Shown in pieces: positions 60,085 to 64,000 of a stretch of DNA of 64,000 nucleotides. The notes beneath the pieces are model-generated. The model searched no databases and had not been told where the DNA came from. It was given only the letters and a program-made list of their open reading frames with translations. This stretch comes from Aureispira anguillae (GTDB taxonomy: Bacteria > Bacteroidota > Bacteroidia > Chitinophagales > Saprospiraceae). A program made the position numbers and the translations under genes. Positions within the stretch are counted from its first letter, which is position 1, and each line of letters starts with the position of its first letter. Location of the stretch: positions 2,713,716 through 2,777,715 of the forward strand of contig NZ_AP026867.1 in the NCBI RefSeq assembly GCF_026000115.1. The letters run 5' to 3'.

Positions 60085-60999
60085 TTGTTAAAATTAGGCT
60101 CCATGCTTTCCATTTTAATCCCTTGCTATAATTTTGATGTTCGAAAACTAGTCTATCAATTGCACGACCAAGGCAGTGGTTTGAGTATTCCGTTTGAAAT
60201 TTTGTGCGTAGAAGATGCCTCTTCTGCTCAATTTGTCCAACTTAATCAAGAACTTCAGCAACTTCCCTTTGTTCGTTATCAAGTTTTAAAACAAAATATG
60301 GGGCGTTCCAAAATTAGGAATTATCTCGCCACACAAGCTCGTTACAATTATTTGCTTTTTATGGATTGCGATGCCATGCCTGTTGATGCCCATTATTTGC
60401 AAAACTACACTCAGCATCTAGCCCCCAATCAGCTACTTTATGGAGGGCGTTGTTATCAAAATACTCCTCCCAATGATCCTCTGCTTTACTTTCATTGGTT
60501 TTATGGGCTAAATCGAGAACAAAGTACTGCTGCTACAAGGCAACAATTGCCTTATCGTTCTTTCATGACCAATAATTTTTTGATTCCTAAGCCTATTTTT
60601 GAAGAAATCCGATTTGAAGAAACGCTTACTCAGTATGGTCATGAAGATACCCTATTTGGCTTAGCACTAAAAAAGAGACAGATTCCCATCCTTCATTTGG
60701 ACAATCCCCTTAAACATATTGGGATAGAAATAAATCATGTTTTTATCAAAAAAAGCGAACAAGCCATCCAAAATCTACATTTTCTGTATTCAAATCATCA
60801 TTTGGACGCAGATATTAAACTCCTTACTTTCTTTATTCGAACAAAAAAGTTATATTTACATAAGGTCATTTTAATGTTATATTGTTTTTTTAAGTCTAAA
60901 ATATTAAACAACCTTTACTCTAATCATCCTCAACTTAAGTTATTTGATTTTTATAAATTGGGTTATCTCATTCATTGGCATCAACAACAAAAAGATTAA
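60085..60999 (+). CDS. family 2 glycosyltransferase
   Basis: SILIPCYNF is the GT2 N-terminal motif. FMDCDAMP is the DxD motif. Confidence 0.65.
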   Translation: MLKLGSMLSILIPCYNFDVRKLVYQLHDQGSGLSIPFEILCVEDASSAQFVQLNQELQQLPFVRYQVLKQNMGRSKIRNYLATQARYNYLLFMDCDAMPVDAHYLQNYTQHLAPNQLLYGGRCYQNTPPNDPLLYFHWFYGLNREQSTAATRQQLPYRSFMTNNFLIPKPIFEEIRFEETLTQYGHEDTLFGLALKKRQIPILHLDNPLKHIGIEINHVFIKKSEQAIQNLHFLYSNHHLDADIKLLTFFIRTKKLYLHKVILMLYCFFKSKILNNLYSNHPQLKLFDFYKLGYLIHWHQQQKD

Positions 61000-61141
61000 C
61001 ATTCCCTATAACAATTCATGCCTTCAAATTAGATAATTCTAGATTCCTTCTTTCCCCTTTTAATTCCTTCATATAGAAAATCCCCTCCCTTTTATTTAAT
61101 GCTTAATCAATAAAATTATATCATTAATTAGAAGTTACTAT

Positions 61142-62281
61142 ATGTACAACTCTTTCCTTTTTTCTTACTGCATTTTATGCTTTTTAGGGGCAAGTGTTCC
61201 CTCTAAAGCCCAACTTATCAATTGGGTTACCGAAACAGGGCTCCCCTTAGGGTCTACTTTCGTAGATGGGCAGATCATTACTAATATAGCAGGCACTGGA
61301 TTAGATGCTAGAATAAACGTAACTATAGTAGGAACAGATCCTAAGATAGATGCAACTGATCCTGCTAAAATATTTATTCGAGATCGAACCAACTGTTCCT
61401 TCACCCTTACATTCCTAAATGGATCTACCAATATCCAACTAGGCAATTCTCAAAATTTACTATCAGGTGAAACAATAACCATCTCAAACCCAAACCAACA
61501 GAACATTACCCTCCAACAGACCTCTAACAATAGCGGTGGGTTGATGACAATAGACGGGATTGCTGTTCCTGCCCTTAATACTCCTGTTGTTCAAGATAAT
61601 CATGCTGTTATCAAAGAAGTAAATGACGGAGCTGGCACTGATTGGCTAGTAACAATGGATAGCATCACTTCCTTCACTTGGTTATACAATAAGACAACGG
61701 GAACGAGCGCAACAGAAGGTTTCCGATTAACGCTATCTTCCCCTATTTTGCTTCCTATCCAATTAATCAACTTTTCGGTTGAAAAGCAATCTAATCAATC
61801 TGTAGTATTACATTGGCAAACCGAAACGGAAACCAATAATGATTATTTTATGATAGAACGATCCCTTGATGGTTTTTCTTGGGAACAATTAGCAACGATT
61901 AAAGGGAATGGAACTTCGTCAACCCTTTCAACTTATCGCACCATTGATTCTACACCTTATTGTGGCGTTTCTTATTATAGGCTATTGCAAACGGATTTTG
62001 ATGGCAACATTTTCTATTCTCCCATCAAAGCTATTCGTATTAAAAAAGGCAAAAATTTAAAACTTTACCCCAACCCTACAAATGGTCAAGTCACACTTGA
62101 AGGAAATGACATCACACAACATCCAATCAAAATTTATGATGCAATGGGCAAAGACATCACTCCTTTTGTCCAACCAATTGCTCCCTCTCGCATCAAAAAC
62201 ACAATAGATTTATCTAATCTAGATACAGGGCTTTACTATATAAAAACACCTTACAAAACCTATACAATTTATAAAAAATAA
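61142..62281 (+). CDS. secreted protein with a C-terminal T9SS sorting domain
   Basis: A signal peptide is present. The C-terminal ~80 aa read KLYPNPTNGQVTLEG...IKIYDAMGKDI...GLYYIKT, which is a type A Por/T9SS CTD. Confidence 0.6.
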   Translation: MYNSFLFSYCILCFLGASVPSKAQLINWVTETGLPLGSTFVDGQIITNIAGTGLDARINVTIVGTDPKIDATDPAKIFIRDRTNCSFTLTFLNGSTNIQLGNSQNLLSGETITISNPNQQNITLQQTSNNSGGLMTIDGIAVPALNTPVVQDNHAVIKEVNDGAGTDWLVTMDSITSFTWLYNKTTGTSATEGFRLTLSSPILLPIQLINFSVEKQSNQSVVLHWQTETETNNDYFMIERSLDGFSWEQLATIKGNGTSSTLSTYRTIDSTPYCGVSYYRLLQTDFDGNIFYSPIKAIRIKKGKNLKLYPNPTNGQVTLEGNDITQHPIKIYDAMGKDITPFVQPIAPSRIKNTIDLSNLDTGLYYIKTPYKTYTIYKK

Positions 62282-62803
62282 TCACTCAATCACCAAACAG
62301 TTTTGTTTTCAATAAAAAAGCCTACATACAAAACTAAAGAAATAAAGTTAAATAAGAGTTTTAAGTCTAGTTGCCCTAGTTATTCATTCACGATACAGCA
62401 CAGTTGGCATTGCTCATTTTCATATTTTAAGTTTATCCTGTACTAAAGTAAACGGAAAAAAACACTTATACATATAATAAATTTCAACATTTATTTACAC
62501 TAAACAAAGCTCTTTCAAAACAAAATATAAACATATTTTAATATTTTCTTAACATACTTTATTTCAATTATTAATACATAATCAATAAGAGAATATCTTT
62601 ACATTTCAAAGCTATCAGTACTTAATAAAATCAGTACAAAACTCTCACTATCAACAATATTCTAAAAAAAAATTACGTTAAGATTACTTTTTTTTTACCA
62701 TATTTATCATCCAAAATTTTCCTTATACAAGGAAGTTTTTAACTTTGTTTTGCCTAAAAATTAATAAAATTCTAACATTTCATCACTAATTTAATTTTAT
62801 AAT

Positions 62804-64000
62804 ATGAGAAAACATTTAATATTTTTTATAGCGTGCTATTTAATGAGCACGATTTCCTACGCTCAAACGGTTTTTACGGAATCGTTTGACGCAACAACAA
62901 CTCCCTCAGGGTGGAACAATACGGCCACCACTGGAGGTCCATGGAGTTTTAGTACAAGTGCCGATTATGATGTAAGCTCAATTCTTGATCATACTGGCAA
63001 TAGTGGGAATTACGCTTGGGTTGATTTCTCAGGAACTGATGATAGTGTTATTTTAGCTACGCCTGCTATTGATGTATCAACTTTAACGACTCCCTACTTA
63101 GAGTTTTACCACGAAAGTCATTATACTGGTATATTATCTCCATTTAATTCTCTGCATATAGAAGCATGGAATGGTAGTAGTTGGGTAAATGTAGCTACCT
63201 TGCAAGGGAATACAGCCCTTGGTTGGGATCAATATGGCTATAACATGACTTCTTTTACGTTTTCAGGGGGAGACAGCTTAAAAGTTCGTTTCCATGCTGA
63301 ATCTGGTGGTGCAAGTAATGATTACAACAATGATTTACTACTTGACGATATTGCTGTTATGCAATTGCCTTCTTGCCCTAACCCCCATTCATTAGGTGCG
63401 CTTAATGTAACGGCTACTTCTGCGGATTTAAGCTGGGTAGAACCTGCTACAGCTACTTCTTGGGAAGTAGAATACGGTATGCAAGGTTTTGCTCAAGGTA
63501 CGGGTACTTCAGTTGTTACAGGAACCAATCCTGAGAACATTACAGGTTTAACACCCAATACTACTTATAGTTTCTATGTAAGATCTATTTGTGGTCCTGG
63601 TGATTCTAGTACATGGGCTGGTCCTTTTATGTTCACCACCACATGCCCAGCATCTTATATGCCTACTTATTCGGAAGACTTTACTACTTACTTAAACCCT
63701 TGTTGGTCAGAAGCTCAAGGTGTTTTGGCTACAAGTACTACGTTAACAGGTACGACTTCTAACTGGACTAGCGATGGTTTTGCTAATAACGGAACTACTG
63801 GTTCAGCTAAAATTAACCTATTCAGTACTGGTAGAGATGAGTGGTTAATTAGCCCTAGCATTGACTTGGGGACTGCTGCAACTTCTTATCAATTGGAATT
63901 TGATATTGCCTTTACTGATTATGCTAGCACTTCTACAGGTACACTAGGTGCTGATGATACCATTGCAGTTGTTATTTCTACTGATAATGGAGCTACTTGG
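62804..64000 (+). CDS. large cell-surface protein (N-terminal part only). It has a signal peptide and MAM/choice-of-anchor-J-like and fibronectin type III domains. It continues beyond the window.
   Basis: Signal peptide MRKHLIFFIACYLMSTISYAQT. The FN3 block reads PSCPNPHSLGALNVTATSADLSWVEP...WEVEYG...TYSFYVRSIC. The open frame runs to the window end. Confidence 0.6.
   Translation, partial: MRKHLIFFIACYLMSTISYAQTVFTESFDATTTPSGWNNTATTGGPWSFSTSADYDVSSILDHTGNSGNYAWVDFSGTDDSVILATPAIDVSTLTTPYLEFYHESHYTGILSPFNSLHIEAWNGSSWVNVATLQGNTALGWDQYGYNMTSFTFSGGDSLKVRFHAESGGASNDYNNDLLLDDIAVMQLPSCPNPHSLGALNVTATSADLSWVEPATATSWEVEYGMQGFAQGTGTSVVTGTNPENITGLTPNTTYSFYVRSICGPGDSSTWAGPFMFTTTCPASYMPTYSEDFTTYLNPCWSEAQGVLATSTTLTGTTSNWTSDGFANNGTTGSAKINLFSTGRDEWLISPSIDLGTAATSYQLEFDIAFTDYASTSTGTLGADDTIAVVISTDNGATW

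Overview
This 64 kb window is AT-rich chromosomal DNA, most likely from a Bacteroidota genome. It carries T9SS C-terminal sorting domains, a GH92 lipoprotein, CarboxypepD_reg/TonB-plug receptors, and SPOR and DUF2807 proteins. It is densely coding on both strands and mostly housekeeping and envelope functions. From start to end these are: bioA (partial); a GH92 alpha-mannosidase lipoprotein; a membrane desaturase; an M48 protease; TonB-like and CotH-like genes; a tricorn-type protease; ychF; a thioredoxin-like protein; a TetR-controlled cassette; a MATE efflux pump; an orphan histidine kinase; an AroK-hydrolase fusion; a TonB-dependent receptor; a carotenoid-type FAD oxidoreductase; a MutS paralog; an M20 amidohydrolase; class Ia ribonucleotide reductase nrdB-nrdA; a standalone ribA plus a ribBA whose GTP-cyclohydrolase II zinc ligands are all replaced (ribBX-like); adk; glycosyltransferases; and T9SS cargo proteins. 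I found no rRNA, tRNA or CRISPR array.

The most interesting locus is a compact, apparently AT-richer, two-gene insertion at 22.2-24.25 kb between housekeeping genes. It encodes an ABC/AAA_15-type ATPase without a TOPRIM domain, immediately followed by an HNH endonuclease with a long C-terminal extension. This is a Septu (PtuA/PtuB)-like anti-phage module and possibly a divergent variant.

Other notable features:
- a 266-bp MITE-like element with perfect 19-bp terminal inverted repeats and a 9-bp target-site duplication, in the tricorn/ychF intergenic region;
- three copies of a palindromic TetR-type operator bracketing the tetR gene;
- the ribBX-like degenerate RibBA paired with an intact RibA;
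- an AroK-alpha/beta-hydrolase fusion;
- several clean rho-independent terminators.
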